Shown: one piece after another, positions 16,843 through 30,486 of the stretch | Layout of the letters: the number at the start of each line of letters is the position of its first letter | Position numbering within the stretch: position 1 is the first letter of the stretch | Source of the DNA: an uncultured SAR86 cluster bacterium | GTDB taxonomy: Bacteria > Pseudomonadota > Gammaproteobacteria > Magnimaribacterales > D2472 | Assembly (NCBI GenBank): GCA_943846785.1 | Contig: OX044367.1 | Location: forward strand, 260,276 to 324,275 | Reading direction: 5' to 3' | Length of the DNA: 64,000 bases | The notes under the pieces: generated by a model | The model's database searches: none | What the model saw: only the letters and a program-made list of their open reading frames with translations | Told to the model about the DNA's origin: nothing | Translations under genes and position numbers: made by a program

Positions 16843-17241
16843 TTATAAAAGTAGCATAATCGACGTCCTGATGAGACCCAAGAAACCAACAAAAGTTAGT
16901 GCCATACCACCAATTCTTAAAAACATATTTGGTTTCAAAAAAGAAAAAACTATTCCGTGCATCAATCTCCCGACCGTAAATGCTATTCCAGAGAAATAAA
17001 GTTGAGTTTGAGGTGCCCCTGATAATTCAAGAATAAACATTAAAATTAAGAATAGTGGAGCATATTCGACTAGATTTCCGTGCCCTCTGATGGACCTTTG
17101 AAGAGTTTTGTCATCAACAATCCTATTGGGTTTGTGAAGAAATTTTGTGACGGGACTTCCTCTGAGGTCGAGAACTCTAAAAGATAGAATTATCATAAAT
17201 GATGAAAGTATCGTGGCAAATATTAGAGTAATTTCTGGCAT
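16843..17241 (-). CDS. MAPEG family membrane protein (microsomal glutathione S-transferase-like)
   Basis: 132 aa with four helices. MAPEG motif RSIRGHGNLVEYAPLFL. Confidence 0.65.
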   Translation of the reverse strand: MPEITLIFATILSSFMIILSFRVLDLRGSPVTKFLHKPNRIVDDKTLQRSIRGHGNLVEYAPLFLILMFILELSGAPQTQLYFSGIAFTVGRLMHGIVFSFLKPNMFLRIGGMALTFVGFLGLIRTSIMLLL

Positions 17242-17304
17242 GTTTATAAATTTATAATTCTCTGTTTTGTTCTACTCCACCGTAACAGAGTATCCATAAC
17301 CAAA

Positions 17305-18462
17305 TTATTGTTGTTTGTAATTTTGGTCATGAAGATCCATTATATTTTCAGCGATTGTATGTAAGTCAGTATTAAAACCTGTGTCGGCGTCATTGGTTCT
17401 TAAGTTAACCCCATATAACCCATTCAACCATATTAGCGCTCCTGTGTTAACAACAATTTTACCTTGATGTCCCTTTGTATCTCTAAATATTGAATCATCA
17501 TAGGAACCAAATAAGGAAATATCATCAAGCAATAAATTATTTTCATACTGATCAACCAAATCAAATGTTGCCCACCCGGTTGGAAGAGTAAATATTTCTG
17601 TTGAAGGGTATATTTCGCGCAACTGATCAATGACAGCCTTATGCGAGAGATCGCTAACCAAATACCCATATAAATCTCTTATATTGTTATACCCATAATC
17701 TTCTGCTACTTGCTGCCAGTCTGCTGGAAAATCTATGGGTGGAATGTGTACAAATATTTTTATGTTGGGGTTATTTTGCAAAGCATAATCTATCCATTCT
17801 GTAAAACCTGATAAAGGGTTATTTTCATTTAAATACCAAGTCATCCCAAGAATGTCGATGTTCCCAGAATCTAGAATTTGTTTAATTTCTGTGTTTGTGT
17901 CTTCTTTTGTCCATAATCCAATTGGTGTGCCGTAAACGCCGCCTCTCATAACGATAGTATCTCTGTGTTCTAAAAAGTCTGCATCTAGTGCTAACTCGCT
18001 GAATCTTTCAGCGTAAGGTCTAAAGAAACTATTACCCATGAGTAACATATTTGATCCACCCATGCCCTCAAGAACATCGTTAATGGAAATTATTATTCCA
18101 AGCGATGAGGATAATGAACCATCTGATGCAATTATGGTTACTTCATAAATATTATCTTGATTACTGTCTTGTGGATTTTCATAGTCTGGTGGCGAAATAA
18201 AAGATAGTTCTCCAGACAAGCTCCCTATTGTCATTAATGCTGAGTCAGAACCTTCAATGGAATAGGTTATATTGTCCCCCTCGGCATCTGTTGCTTGAAT
18301 AGTAGTTACCTGAGTGGTGTTTTCATCAATTGCAAAATCAATTAAACCTACAAGTTGAGGTGCTGTATTTACTTGTTCGGGTGTCTCACTATTGCTTCCC
18401 CCGCCGCCACATCCTACAAGAGCGGTTACTAGAATAATTAGATATCTATAGTTTTGTTCCAT
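17305..18462 (-). CDS. lipoprotein with an N-terminal cadherin-like domain and a C-terminal uncharacterised (possibly SGNH-like) domain
   Basis: 385 aa. Lipobox LVGC followed by GGGGSNSE. Cadherin-like segment IDENTTQVTTIQATDAEGDNITYSIEG...YEVTIIASDG. Confidence 0.6.
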   Translation of the reverse strand: MEQNYRYLIILVTALVGCGGGGSNSETPEQVNTAPQLVGLIDFAIDENTTQVTTIQATDAEGDNITYSIEGSDSALMTIGSLSGELSFISPPDYENPQDSNQDNIYEVTIIASDGSLSSSLGIIISINDVLEGMGGSNMLLMGNSFFRPYAERFSELALDADFLEHRDTIVMRGGVYGTPIGLWTKEDTNTEIKQILDSGNIDILGMTWYLNENNPLSGFTEWIDYALQNNPNIKIFVHIPPIDFPADWQQVAEDYGYNNIRDLYGYLVSDLSHKAVIDQLREIYPSTEIFTLPTGWATFDLVDQYENNLLLDDISLFGSYDDSIFRDTKGHQGKIVVNTGALIWLNGLYGVNLRTNDADTGFNTDLHTIAENIMDLHDQNYKQQ

Positions 18463-18559
18463 ATGTATTTTTATAAGTAAGTTACGTATTAAATATAGAT
18501 TGAGAATTGCTTTCCAATAGTCAGTATTGGTAACTTTATTAAGATATCACATGATTTTC

Positions 18560-18614
18560 ATATTTTTATGAGGGTAAGTTGGAAAAGATTCTTTTTCAGA
18601 TTGGTCTTGATCAA
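18560..18614. repeat. 55-bp direct repeat, copy A
   Basis: atatttttatgagggtaagttggaaaagattctttttcagattgGtcttgatcaa. Matches 18755..18809 at 54 of 55 positions. Confidence 0.85.
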
Positions 18615-18754
18615 TTGCATATTGTGTTATCTTATCGTTTGCTTCAGGAATACCTGAAGTCATTGTCAATCTCATTCTTCTTTGCTGAGAATAACCTGAC
18701 TCACTTACATGAATCGTCTCATTGATTGGTGTTTTTATTATGTATAAGATTTAT

Positions 18755-18809
18755 ATATTTTTATGAGGGTAAGTTGGAAAAGATTCTTTTTCAGATTGAT
18801 CTTGATCAA
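18755..18809. repeat. 55-bp direct repeat, copy B (begins 15 nt beyond the glmS stop codon)
   Basis: Same sequence as copy A, with A at 18799 instead of G at 18604. Period is 195 nt. Confidence 0.85.
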
Positions 18810-18824
18810 CCGAGAAACCTTTCC

Positions 18825-20652
18825 TTATTCCACCGTAACTGACTTTGCTAGATTCCTTGGTTGATCAATATCTGTTCCTCTTAGTAAGGCGACTTCATAT
18901 GAAAGAATCTGTAGAGGAATGTTATATACAATAGGAGTTAAGAAGAAATCACATTTTGGCATATGAACAAGCTCACCAGCCTTAACATCCATTTTTACCG
19001 ATGGATCAGCAAAAACATATAGCGTGCCACCTCTTGCTTTTACTTCCTCAAGATTAGAAATTAATTTTTCAGCTATTTCGCTTTCAGGTGCCAATGCAAT
19101 AACTGGCATATTCTCATCAATAAGAGCCAGTGGTCCATGCTTTAACTCGCCTGCTGGGTATGCCTCTGCATGAATATAAGAAATCTCTTTTAAGTTTTAA
19201 GGCGCCCTCTTTTGCAATTGGATAAAAAATTCCTCTGCCTAAGAAAAGAGCATTGTCCTTGTTTGCAATACTTGGCGCTATTGCTGCGATTTGTTCTTTT
19301 TGCAGCAGTGATTCTGAAATTGTTTCTGGTAATAATCTTAGTGCATTAACAATTCTGCCTCTTAATTTGGGATTTAAGTCTTTGCTTTTGGCTAAAGAAA
19401 GAGCAAGCAACATAAGAGCAGCTAGCTGAGTGGTGAACGCTTTGGTTGAGGCAACTCCAATTTCTGGGCCAGCATTAGTAAAAAGCACAAAGTCAGACTC
19501 TCTTGCTAGTGAACTTGTTGGAACATTACAAATAGCTAGAGAAGCCAAATAATTCTTTTCTTTTGCGTAGCTCAGCGCTGCCAATGTGTCTGCAGTCTCT
19601 CCAGATTGAGAAATGGTTATGATTAATGAATCATCATCTACATGAGGGTTTCTATATCTGTATTCACTAGCGTAATCTATTTGACATGGGAGTTCAGCTA
19701 TAGATGAAAACCAATTTGCTGCTACTCTTCCAGCATGAAGGCTAGTTCCACAAGCAACAATTTGTATTCGTTTAACTTTTGCAAAAATATCGCTAGAACC
19801 TAATCCAAAAATATTATCTAAGACATCTTCTCCACCTATTCTTCCATCGATAGTATTGGATACTGCTTCAGGTTGTTCATAGATTTCTTTTTCCATAAAG
19901 TGTCTATAGTCACCTTTTGAGGTTGCTTGGTTTGAAATATCTATATGGGTTACTTCTCTGGTAACTTCTTTTTTAGAGCTATCAAAAATTTTATAAGAGT
20001 TCGCTGATATTTCTGCAACATCTCCATCTTCTAGAAAGATAAAATCGTTTGTCATTTGTGCTATAGCTAAAGGGTCAGAGGCGGCAAATATTTCATCCGT
20101 GCCAAGGCCAATTAACAAAGGCGACTTGTTTCTTGCTACAACTAAATTAGTATTATCTTTAATGTCTATAGCAGCTATTGCATAAGCTCCTTCAAGTTTT
20201 TCTTTTGCTAAATACATTGCATCGAGCATGCTGTTACCTTCATTCATATGCAGATCAAGTAAATGCGCTATAAGCTCTGAGTCGGTTTGGGATGAAAACT
20301 CATAGCCGTCGCTCATTAGGGATTCTCGCAAGTCCACATAGTTTTCAATAATGCCGTTATGAACGATATATACAGAGTCTTTTGATTTATGTGGGTGGGC
20401 ATTTATCTCTGAAGGCTCTCCATGAGTTGCCCATCTTGTATGCGCAATGCCGAGCTTACTCTTTGGCTTTTCAGCAATCATTTTATCTTCGAGAAGCTGA
20501 ACTTTACCTAATGCACGCAAGTGAGCAATTGATTCATTTTGATGCAAGGCGATTCCTGCTGAGTCATAGCCTCTATATTCCATTTTATGGAGCCCTTGAA
20601 CTAGTAATTTACCAACGTTTCTTGTTGATGCTGCAGCAATGATTCCGCACAT
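18825..20652 (-). pseudogene. glmS: glutamine--fructose-6-phosphate aminotransferase, frame broken by one extra base
   Basis: ORFs 19117..20652 (MCGIIAAAST...) and 18825..19109 (...[11 protein letters not shown]) are two frames of one GlmS. Removing one T from the run 19188..19191 restores ...[40 protein letters not shown]. Confidence 0.85.
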
Positions 20653-20654
20653 AT

Positions 20655-22011
20655 TTAATCCTTTTTCTTAGACCAATCTTTTTTATTTTCTTGTTTGGCT
20701 CTACCAAAACCAAGAGCATTATCAGGGACATCTTTTTGATAACCGAGCCTGCAGCAACTGTTGCGTTTGAACCAACAGTAACTAGGTGCAACTAATGATG
20801 AATTGCTTCCAATAAAACTTCCGTCTCCAATAACAGTTTTGTGTTTATCTTTGCCATCATAATTACAAGTTATTGTTCCAGCTCCGATGTTGGTACCTTC
20901 ACCCACTTCGGTGTCGCCAAGATAAGTAAAGTGATTTGCTTTAGATCCTTTGCCAAGAGTAGAGTTTTTCGTTTCAACAAAATTTCCAACCTTAGCTGTA
21001 TTTTCTATATTACTTCCCACTCGCAACCTTGCATAAGGACCAATAACACAATCGTCCCCAATAATTGCTTGATCGATATGTGAAAAGGCTTCGATTTTAG
21101 AATTGCTTCCAATGACAGAGTCTTTGATAATTGTATTTGGACCTATTGAAACATTGTCTCCAAGTGTAACTGTTCCCTCTAAAATTACATTGACATCTAT
21201 GGAACAATCTTTTCCAGCAGTCAACATCCCCTCTAATATCTAGTCTAGATTTATCGGATATAGTAACGCCTTGATTGAAAAGTTCCTCTGAATTCATTTT
21301 TCTATAAATGGCCTCTAGTTGTGCTAGTTCTTGTTTGCTATTTGCTCCCTTAACTTCATCGTTAGAAGCATTATATGTTTTTATTTTAATACCATTTTGG
21401 CTCAAAATTGAAACTAAATCAGTTAAATAGTATTCATTTGCTGCATTATCATTCTTAATCTCTTTCAAACCCTCTTCTATAAGATCTTTAGAACCGCATA
21501 AAACGCCAGTAAAAATTTCATTAATTTCTTTATCAGACTCCGAAGCGTCTTTCTCTTCAACTATTGCAAGAGCATGGCCACTTGCGTCTTTCTTAACTCT
21601 TCCATAGCCAAATGGGTTCTCTAAAACAGTGGTTAGGATTGAAAGGCCGCTATCTGATGATTTTATTAAATTATCTAATGTTTCTCTTCTTATGAGTGGG
21701 ACGTCTCCATATAAGACAAGAATTTTAGAAGCACTAACAGTTGACTTTAGGCCACACTTTACTGCATCACCGGTACCAATTGCCATAGGCTGCTCAGCAA
21801 TAGAGATGTTTAAAGAATAGTTTTTTGATTCTTCAATAATTGATTCTTTGTCATAACCAACTACCAAAGTAATATCTGGGCTAATAGATCCAGCAGTGGC
21901 GCATATTTTTTGTAACATAGAGCTACCCCCAACCTTTTGAAGGGCTTTAGCTCTATTTGATTTCATTCTTGAGCCTTCTCCGGCTGCAAGTATTATGGTG
22001 TGTAAGCTCAC
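20655..22011 (-). pseudogene. glmU: bifunctional UDP-N-acetylglucosamine pyrophosphorylase / glucosamine-1-phosphate acetyltransferase, three indels
   Basis: ORFs 21097..22011 and 20655..21227 join at ...RLDIRG / LTAGKDCSIDVNVILEG, with a shift within 21221..21236. A second +1 at 20783 and a -1 in the run 20733..20737 garble 17 residues; the correct frame is visible in ORF 20609..20791 (VTVGSNATVAAGSVIKK). Confidence 0.85.
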
Positions 22012-22037
22012 AGTAATTTAAATATTAAATATCTACC

Positions 22038-22451
22038 TTACTGGTTTTTACGTAGTTTTTGAATAGTTTTTAATCTTGCTACAGCTTCGGCTAGTTGAGC
22101 AGCTGCTTTAGCATAGTCTAAAGTCGCATCTTTATTGGCTAAGTCTTGTTCTGCTGATTCTTTTGCTTTAATTGCTTCGGCTTCATCTAGACTGTCTGCT
22201 CTTTCAGCAGTATCGGATAATACTGTTACAAGATCTGGTTGGATTTCTAAAAACCCACCTGAACAAAAAAATGCCTCTTCTTCAGATCCATTTTGAACCC
22301 TGACTGGCCCTGCAGCTAATCCAGTTAATAATGGCGTATGACCAGGAGCGATACCAAGCTCACCAAGAGATCCTGTTGCATAAACCATAGTGGCTTCGCC
22401 AGAATATATTTCTTCATTAGAAGAAACTATGTTGATCTTGATTGTGCTCAT
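22038..22451 (-). CDS. atpC: F0F1 ATP synthase subunit epsilon
   Basis: 137 aa in the operon position after atpD. Typical IVSSNEEIYSGEATMV...GHTPLLT. Confidence 0.9.
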   Translation of the reverse strand: MSTIKINIVSSNEEIYSGEATMVYATGSLGELGIAPGHTPLLTGLAAGPVRVQNGSEEEAFFCSGGFLEIQPDLVTVLSDTAERADSLDEAEAIKAKESAEQDLANKDATLDYAKAAAQLAEAVARLKTIQKLRKNQ

Positions 22452-22453
22452 AG

Positions 22454-23853
<1,400 letters not shown>

Positions 23854-23863
23854 ATTTTTCTCC

Positions 23864-24728
23864 TTAAACTGCTGCTGCGCCGCCAACTATCTCTGAGAGC
23901 TCTTGAGTGATAGCTGCTTGTCTTACATTGTTATATAAAAGTTCTAATTCTTTGATCAAATCGCCTGCGTTATCAGTTGCACTTTTCATTGCAATCATCT
24001 TCGCCGCTTGTTCACAGGCATTATTTTCTACAACAGCCTGATAAACCAATGACTCGATATATCTTGTTAAAAGGCCATCTAATAGCTCTTTAGCTTCAGG
24101 CTCATAAATATAATCCCATTGTGTTGGAATGGATTCGTCTTGCTCAGCTGGAGCTAGAGGAATTAATTGATCAACATTGGGTTGTTGAGTCATGGTATTA
24201 ACAAAACTATTCGAACATAGGTAAGCCTGATCGATATCGCCATTCTTATGCATGTCTAAAACAACCTTTGTTAGGCCAATTAAATCTTCTGGATTTGGTT
24301 TATCGCCAAGCTTTTCTGCAACGCCTACAACCTGGGCGCCAACACTTTTAAAAAAGCCTGGAGCTTTTGATCCTATAAGTGCAAAACATGACTCAATTCC
24401 TTGTTCATGAAGTTCTGCTGATTTAGCAATTACCTGTTTAAACAAATTAATATTTAAACCTCCACATAATCCCTTTGTCAGATGACACTACTATGAAACA
24501 TGCTTTTTTTGCAGATCTTTCCTCATAGAATGGATGTGGGTACTCAGAGTTTGCTGAAGCAATATGAGAAATAACATCTTTAATTTTTAAAGAATAAGGT
24601 CTTCCTTTTAACATATTGTCTTGAGTTTTCTTCATTTTACTCGCTGCAACCATTTCCATGGCCGAAGTAATTTTTTGCGTGCCTTTAATGCTCGCAATCT
24701 GCTTTCTTACTTCTTTTGTATTAGCCAT
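23864..24728 (-). pseudogene. atpG: F0F1 ATP synthase subunit gamma, one +1 insertion
   Basis: ORFs 24447..24728 and 23864..24445. Removing T24470 restores ...[21 protein letters not shown]. Confidence 0.9.
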
Positions 24729-24741
24729 TATTTGTCTTTAA

Positions 24742-26288
24742 TTAAAAGGTTTGTGTTTTTTTAAAGTCTTCAACCAATGCTGTGAATTGGCTTTCAATAT
24801 CATCATTCCAGTCGCCTGTTGAATTAATTTGTTGTTCTAGCTCTGATTTTTCAGCAGTTAAATACCCGTGAAGTGCTTCTTCAAAGTCCAATATTTTCTC
24901 AACTTCAACGTCAGCCATGTAACCCCTATCAGCTGCAAACAAACTCAATGCTTGTTGCGCAACACTCATTGGTGCATATTGTTTTTGCTTCAGAAGTTCT
25001 GTGAAAGCCTTACCATTTGCAACTGTTGTTTTGTAGCATCATCTAAGATCTGAGGCAAATTGAGAGAAAGCAGCAAGCTCACGATATTGAGCTAAAGCAG
25101 TTCTTACACCACCAGCTAGTTTCTTCATTATCTTTGTTTGTGCGGAGCCACCAACCCTTGAAACAGATAGGCCGGGATTAATAGCAGGCCTAATACCAGA
25201 GTTAAATAATTCTGTTTCTAAATAGATTTGTCCATCTGTAATAGAAATTACATTTGTTGGAACAAAGGCAGAAACGTCTCCTGCTAATGTTTCAATAATT
25301 GGCAGTGCTGTTAATGAGCCTGTCTTGCCTTTTACTTTTCCGCCAGTAACTTGTTCTACATAATCTGCATTAACTCTAGCAGCTCTTTCTAATAATCTTG
25401 AATGTAGATAGAACACATCTCCAGGATATGCTTCTCTTCCTGGAGGCCTTTTAAGAAGTAATGATACCTGCCTGTAAGCAACCGCCTGTTTTGAAAGATC
25501 ATCATAAACGATAAGTGCATCTTCACCCTTGTCTCTGAAATACTCGCCCATTGAGCAACCAGAATAAGCTGATAAATACTGCATTGGTGCAGGATCAGCC
25601 GCTGTAGCTGAAACAACAATCGTGTGATCCATTGCGCCATACTCTTCTAATCTTTCTTACAACATTAGCTACTGTTGATTGTTTTTGGCCAATAGCAACA
25701 TAAATACATTTAACCCCTGTTCCTTTCTGGTTAATAATTGCATCAATTGCAACTGCTGTTTTACCTGTTTGTCTGTCACCAATAATTAATCTCTCTTTGG
25801 CCTCTTCCAATTGGCACCATGGCATCAACAGCCTTTAGTCCAATCTGAACAGGCTGATCTACTGATTGACGAGCAATAACACCAGGCGCTACAACCTCAA
25901 CAGGCGCAGTTCCTTCTGCTTTAATCTCGCCTTTACCATCTATAGGAGCTCCTAATGTATTTACAACTCTTCCAAGAAGAGCCTCTCCAACAGGAACCTC
26001 TAAAACCTTGCCTGTACAAAGCGCCTTTTGACCCTCTACAAGCTCTAAGTAATCGCCAAGAACAACTGCTCCAACAGAGTCTTGTTCTAAGTTAAGCGCC
26101 ATTCCTTTAGTGCCATTTTCAAATTCTATAACTTCACCATACATAACATCACCCATGCCATGTATTCTCACAATACCGTCAGATACGCTGACGATAATGC
26201 CTTCATTTTTTCTTTCTGCCGAAAGATCAAGTCCAGCGATTTTCTCTTTTAGAACGCTAGAAATTTCTGATGGATTTAATTGACTCAT
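24742..26288 (-). pseudogene. atpA: F0F1 ATP synthase subunit alpha, three +1 insertions and one -1 deletion
   Basis: Four ORF fragments (25776..26288, 25595..25828, 25039..25632, 24742..24969). Extra T at 25790, 25651 and 25044, and one T missing from the run 25016..25018. The repaired sequence reads ...[20 protein letters not shown]...[14 protein letters not shown]...[36 protein letters not shown]. Confidence 0.9.
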
Positions 26289-26297
26289 TTTTTCACC

Positions 26298-26834
26298 TTA
26301 AAAATTTAATTGGTTTACAAGTTTGTTGACCTTTCCTCTTATAGAAAGATCTAAAGTTTCGTCACCTACCTTAATAGATAAGCCGCCCATCATTTTTGGG
26401 TCTTTTGAAAAATATATATTTGCGTCCTTGCCATAAGAACTTCTTAGCTTTGCCTCAATGCTCTCTTTGGCATCATCACTTGGATCTGTTGCAACAAAAA
26501 CTTCTATTGAGTTTTGGTCTTTATGCTTTTCTAATAGCTCTTGATAAATCGAATATATTGGATGGAGAAGATTTAATCTTTTATTCTCAGCCAATATTGC
26601 AAGGAGTTTTTTCGATGTATCTAAAATACTGTCATCAAAAAGCTTAACTAAAATATCTACAACCTCTTGTCTTGATAAGACGGGATTTTCAATTGTATCT
26701 ATCACCTCTTTAGACTCAGAAGCTATAGCCATTATTTTTAGCTCATCAGCCATGCTGTCTAAATTACTTGATTCAAGCGCCGAAGAAAATAGTGCCTTCG
26801 CGTATGGTCTTGCAAGTGGGGTGAGTTCAATCAT
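26298..26834 (-). CDS. atpH: F0F1 ATP synthase subunit delta
   Basis: 178 aa in the operon position between atpF and atpA. LARPYAKALF start is typical. Confidence 0.85.
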   Translation of the reverse strand: MIELTPLARPYAKALFSSALESSNLDSMADELKIMAIASESKEVIDTIENPVLSRQEVVDILVKLFDDSILDTSKKLLAILAENKRLNLLHPIYSIYQELLEKHKDQNSIEVFVATDPSDDAKESIEAKLRSSYGKDANIYFSKDPKMMGGLSIKVGDETLDLSIRGKVNKLVNQLNF

Positions 26835-26837
26835 TGT

Positions 26838-27309
26838 CTATAAATCCTCTGCTGCCTTCTTCAAAATATCATCATGTTTTTCTGGAGATATCTCATCTCC
26901 AAGGATTTTTTGAGTTGTATCAATAATAATCTCAGACATTTGCTGTCTTAACTCTTCTTTTGCTTTGTTGGTTTCATTCTCAATAGATGTTGATGCTGAA
27001 GTCATAATTTTTTCAGCCTCTTCTTCGGCTTTAGACGAAGCATCTCCGACAATTTGCGATGCTCTGGCATTGGCTTTCTTCAGAATTTCTGCAGCCTCTG
27101 TCTTTGGCTTGATCCATTTCTTTGTCAAAAGCTAATTTAGCTTCTTCAAGCGAATCATCTGCTTTTTTAGCAGCCTCTAGTCCATCAGATATCTTTTTTT
27201 CTCTTTCTTGCATGACTTCCAAGATAGGCGGATAGACATATTTCCAGCATATAGCTACAAATACAATCATCACGACTGCTTGGGCAAGTAAGGTTGCGTT
27301 TATATTCAT
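26838..27309 (-). pseudogene. atpF: F0F1 ATP synthase subunit b, one extra base
   Basis: ORFs 27031..27309 (MNINATLLAQAVVMIVF...) and 26838..27128 join as ...FDKEMDQAKTEAAEILKKANARASQIV if one T of the run 27103..27105 is removed. Confidence 0.85.
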
Positions 27310-27320
27310 TCTTTAAATTT

Positions 27321-28801
<1,481 letters not shown>

Positions 28802-28889
28802 AAGGTCTATGTTTTTGTATAAATGTATTGGCGGGAATTATAGAAATTTATGGCCTTATAAACAAGTTGTTTTCACATTAATTTGTATA

Positions 28890-29732
28890 TCAATCTGTTA
28901 ACTTAGAGATGATGTTTTCAAGCTCATCTGATGTGTTATAGGTGATAACAACTTTTCCATTTTTTTTATTTTTTGCTTCGATTTCAACCTTGTGCCCGAA
29001 AGCCTCTGACATCTCTTGCTCAATATTTAAAAGGTCTGTGTCTTTGCTTTTTTTGACGCCGGTCTTTGTTCCTTTCTTTTTGTTGGCTATGTTGCTTAAG
29101 TCTTTGACCGTAAGTTTGTTTTTTACTATATTTTCAGCTGCCAGCTCGGCCTCTTTTGGGTCTAGTGATGCTAATAGCTTGGCGTGTCCTTTTTCTATTT
29201 GTCCAGAGGAGAGAAGATCCAAAACCTTTGCTGGAAGTGATAAAAGCCTAAGGGAGTTAGCTATTGTGCTTCTGGCTTTTCCTGTAGATGATGCTACTTC
29301 ATCCTGTGTGAGGCCAAACTCTCTTTTTAACCTATCATAACCCCTTGCCTCTTCAACAGCATTAAGATCCTCTCTTTGAAGATTTTCAATTAGAGCAGAC
29401 TCTAATGCGTCTTGGTCTTTTTTTTGATCAACAAGGCATGGTATTGTTTTTAACCCAGCTTTTTTTGATGCCCTTAACCGCCTTTCTCCTGCAATTACTT
29501 CATATTTGTTTAGACCAAGCTCTCTGACTAAAATCGGAGAAAGCACGCCGTGGTTTTTAATTGACTCAGTTAGTTCTAGAAGTTTTTCTTCGTCAAAGTT
29601 AGATCTCGGTTGAAACCTGCCAGCATTAATAGATGACACCTCGACATCTTTAACAGTTCTTTGGTTTGATGTGCTTGATGATCCCAATAATGCATCAAGT
29701 CCTCTATTCAAAATTTTTCCATCTTCAGACAT
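28890..29732 (-). CDS. parB: chromosome partitioning protein ParB
   Basis: 280 aa. RGLDALLG, ParB box GERRLRASKKAGL, HTH region. Confidence 0.9.
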   Translation of the reverse strand: MSEDGKILNRGLDALLGSSSTSNQRTVKDVEVSSINAGRFQPRSNFDEEKLLELTESIKNHGVLSPILVRELGLNKYEVIAGERRLRASKKAGLKTIPCLVDQKKDQDALESALIENLQREDLNAVEEARGYDRLKREFGLTQDEVASSTGKARSTIANSLRLLSLPAKVLDLLSSGQIEKGHAKLLASLDPKEAELAAENIVKNKLTVKDLSNIANKKKGTKTGVKKSKDTDLLNIEQEMSEAFGHKVEIEAKNKKNGKVVITYNTSDELENIISKLTD

Positions 29733-30486
29733 ATTCGACCTTCCTTATTAGTTCTCCAGCGAGTGCTAGATAGGCTTTTGCGCCATATGAGCTCGGCATA
29801 TATTTTACACCTGATATTCCGTGACTAGGCGCCTCTGCAAGCTTTATATTTCTTGGTATTAGGGTATTAAAAACTAGGTTTGAAAAATGGGACTCAAGCT
29901 CATCCGAAACCTCTTTAGCCAAGTTATTTCTCATATCAACCATTGTTCGAACTATTCCAATAACCCTATTATTTGACAGATTTTTATCAGATAGTGATTG
30001 AATTGTCTCCATCAGACCAGTCACACCCTCAAGGGAGTAATACTCGCACTGAAGAGGGATAAGTGTTCCTGAAGCAGCAAATAGAGCCTCTATGGTTAAT
30101 TGATTTAAGGTTGGCGGTGTGTCTATGATTGTATAGTCATATTTATCTTTTAAGGCTTCTAGTTCTTTTGATAAGAAAGATTGTTTGTTATTTTCTCGTA
30201 TTCCAACCTCTAAAGCTATTAGCTCTTGTCCACCAGGCAAAAGATCATAATCGTCTGAGGATTTGTAAATACATTCCATTATTTGTATATTTTCAAAAAA
30301 CAGGTTGTATAAAGTATTGGGTTTGTTTTCTTTAATGCCTGCTGCCGTGGTGGCATTCCCTTGGGGGTCTAAGTCGATTAATAATACTTTTCTCTTTGTT
30401 GCGGCTAGGCTTGCTGCAAGATTAACTGCAGTTGTTGTTTTACCAACTCCACCTTTTTGATTTGCTATAGCTAAAACTTTATTCAT
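29725..30486 (-). CDS. parA: chromosome partitioning ATPase ParA/Soj
   Basis: 253 aa. Deviant Walker A NQKGGVGKTTT. Confidence 0.9.
   Translation of the reverse strand: MNKVLAIANQKGGVGKTTTAVNLAASLAATKRKVLLIDLDPQGNATTAAGIKENKPNTLYNLFFENIQIMECIYKSSDDYDLLPGGQELIALEVGIRENNKQSFLSKELEALKDKYDYTIIDTPPTLNQLTIEALFAASGTLIPLQCEYYSLEGVTGLMETIQSLSDKNLSNNRVIGIVRTMVDMRNNLAKEVSDELESHFSNLVFNTLIPRNIKLAEAPSHGISGVKYMPSSYGAKAYLALAGELIRKVEYV

Noticed and set aside
18547-18675. 42-codon minus-strand ORF downstream of glmS as a feature
   Set aside because: It has only a weak purine-rich stretch in place of a Shine-Dalgarno sequence, no recognisable family, and lies below the ORF-track cut-off. It is mentioned in the repeat finding but not annotated.
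20609-20791. 60-aa ORF MHLVTVGSNATVAAGSVIKK... as an independent gene
   Set aside because: It is the correct reading frame of the glmU acetyltransferase domain, exposed by the +1/-1 indel pair. It then runs on out of frame into the glmS start region.
25389-25640. 83-aa ORF inside atpA, and similar internal alternative-frame ORFs (7926..8114, 12859..13053, 17433..17669, 34569..34772, 63309..63497)
   Set aside because: These are same-strand out-of-frame ORFs nested in well-supported genes. They have no motifs and low-complexity or odd composition.
28942-29340. Long antisense ORFs within parB (132 aa), mnmE (33324..34067), dnaN (37973..38407), mnmG (31102..31407) and others
   Set aside because: They lie opposite strongly conserved genes, and their Ser/Phe/Leu-rich translations are typical of antisense AT-rich coding DNA.
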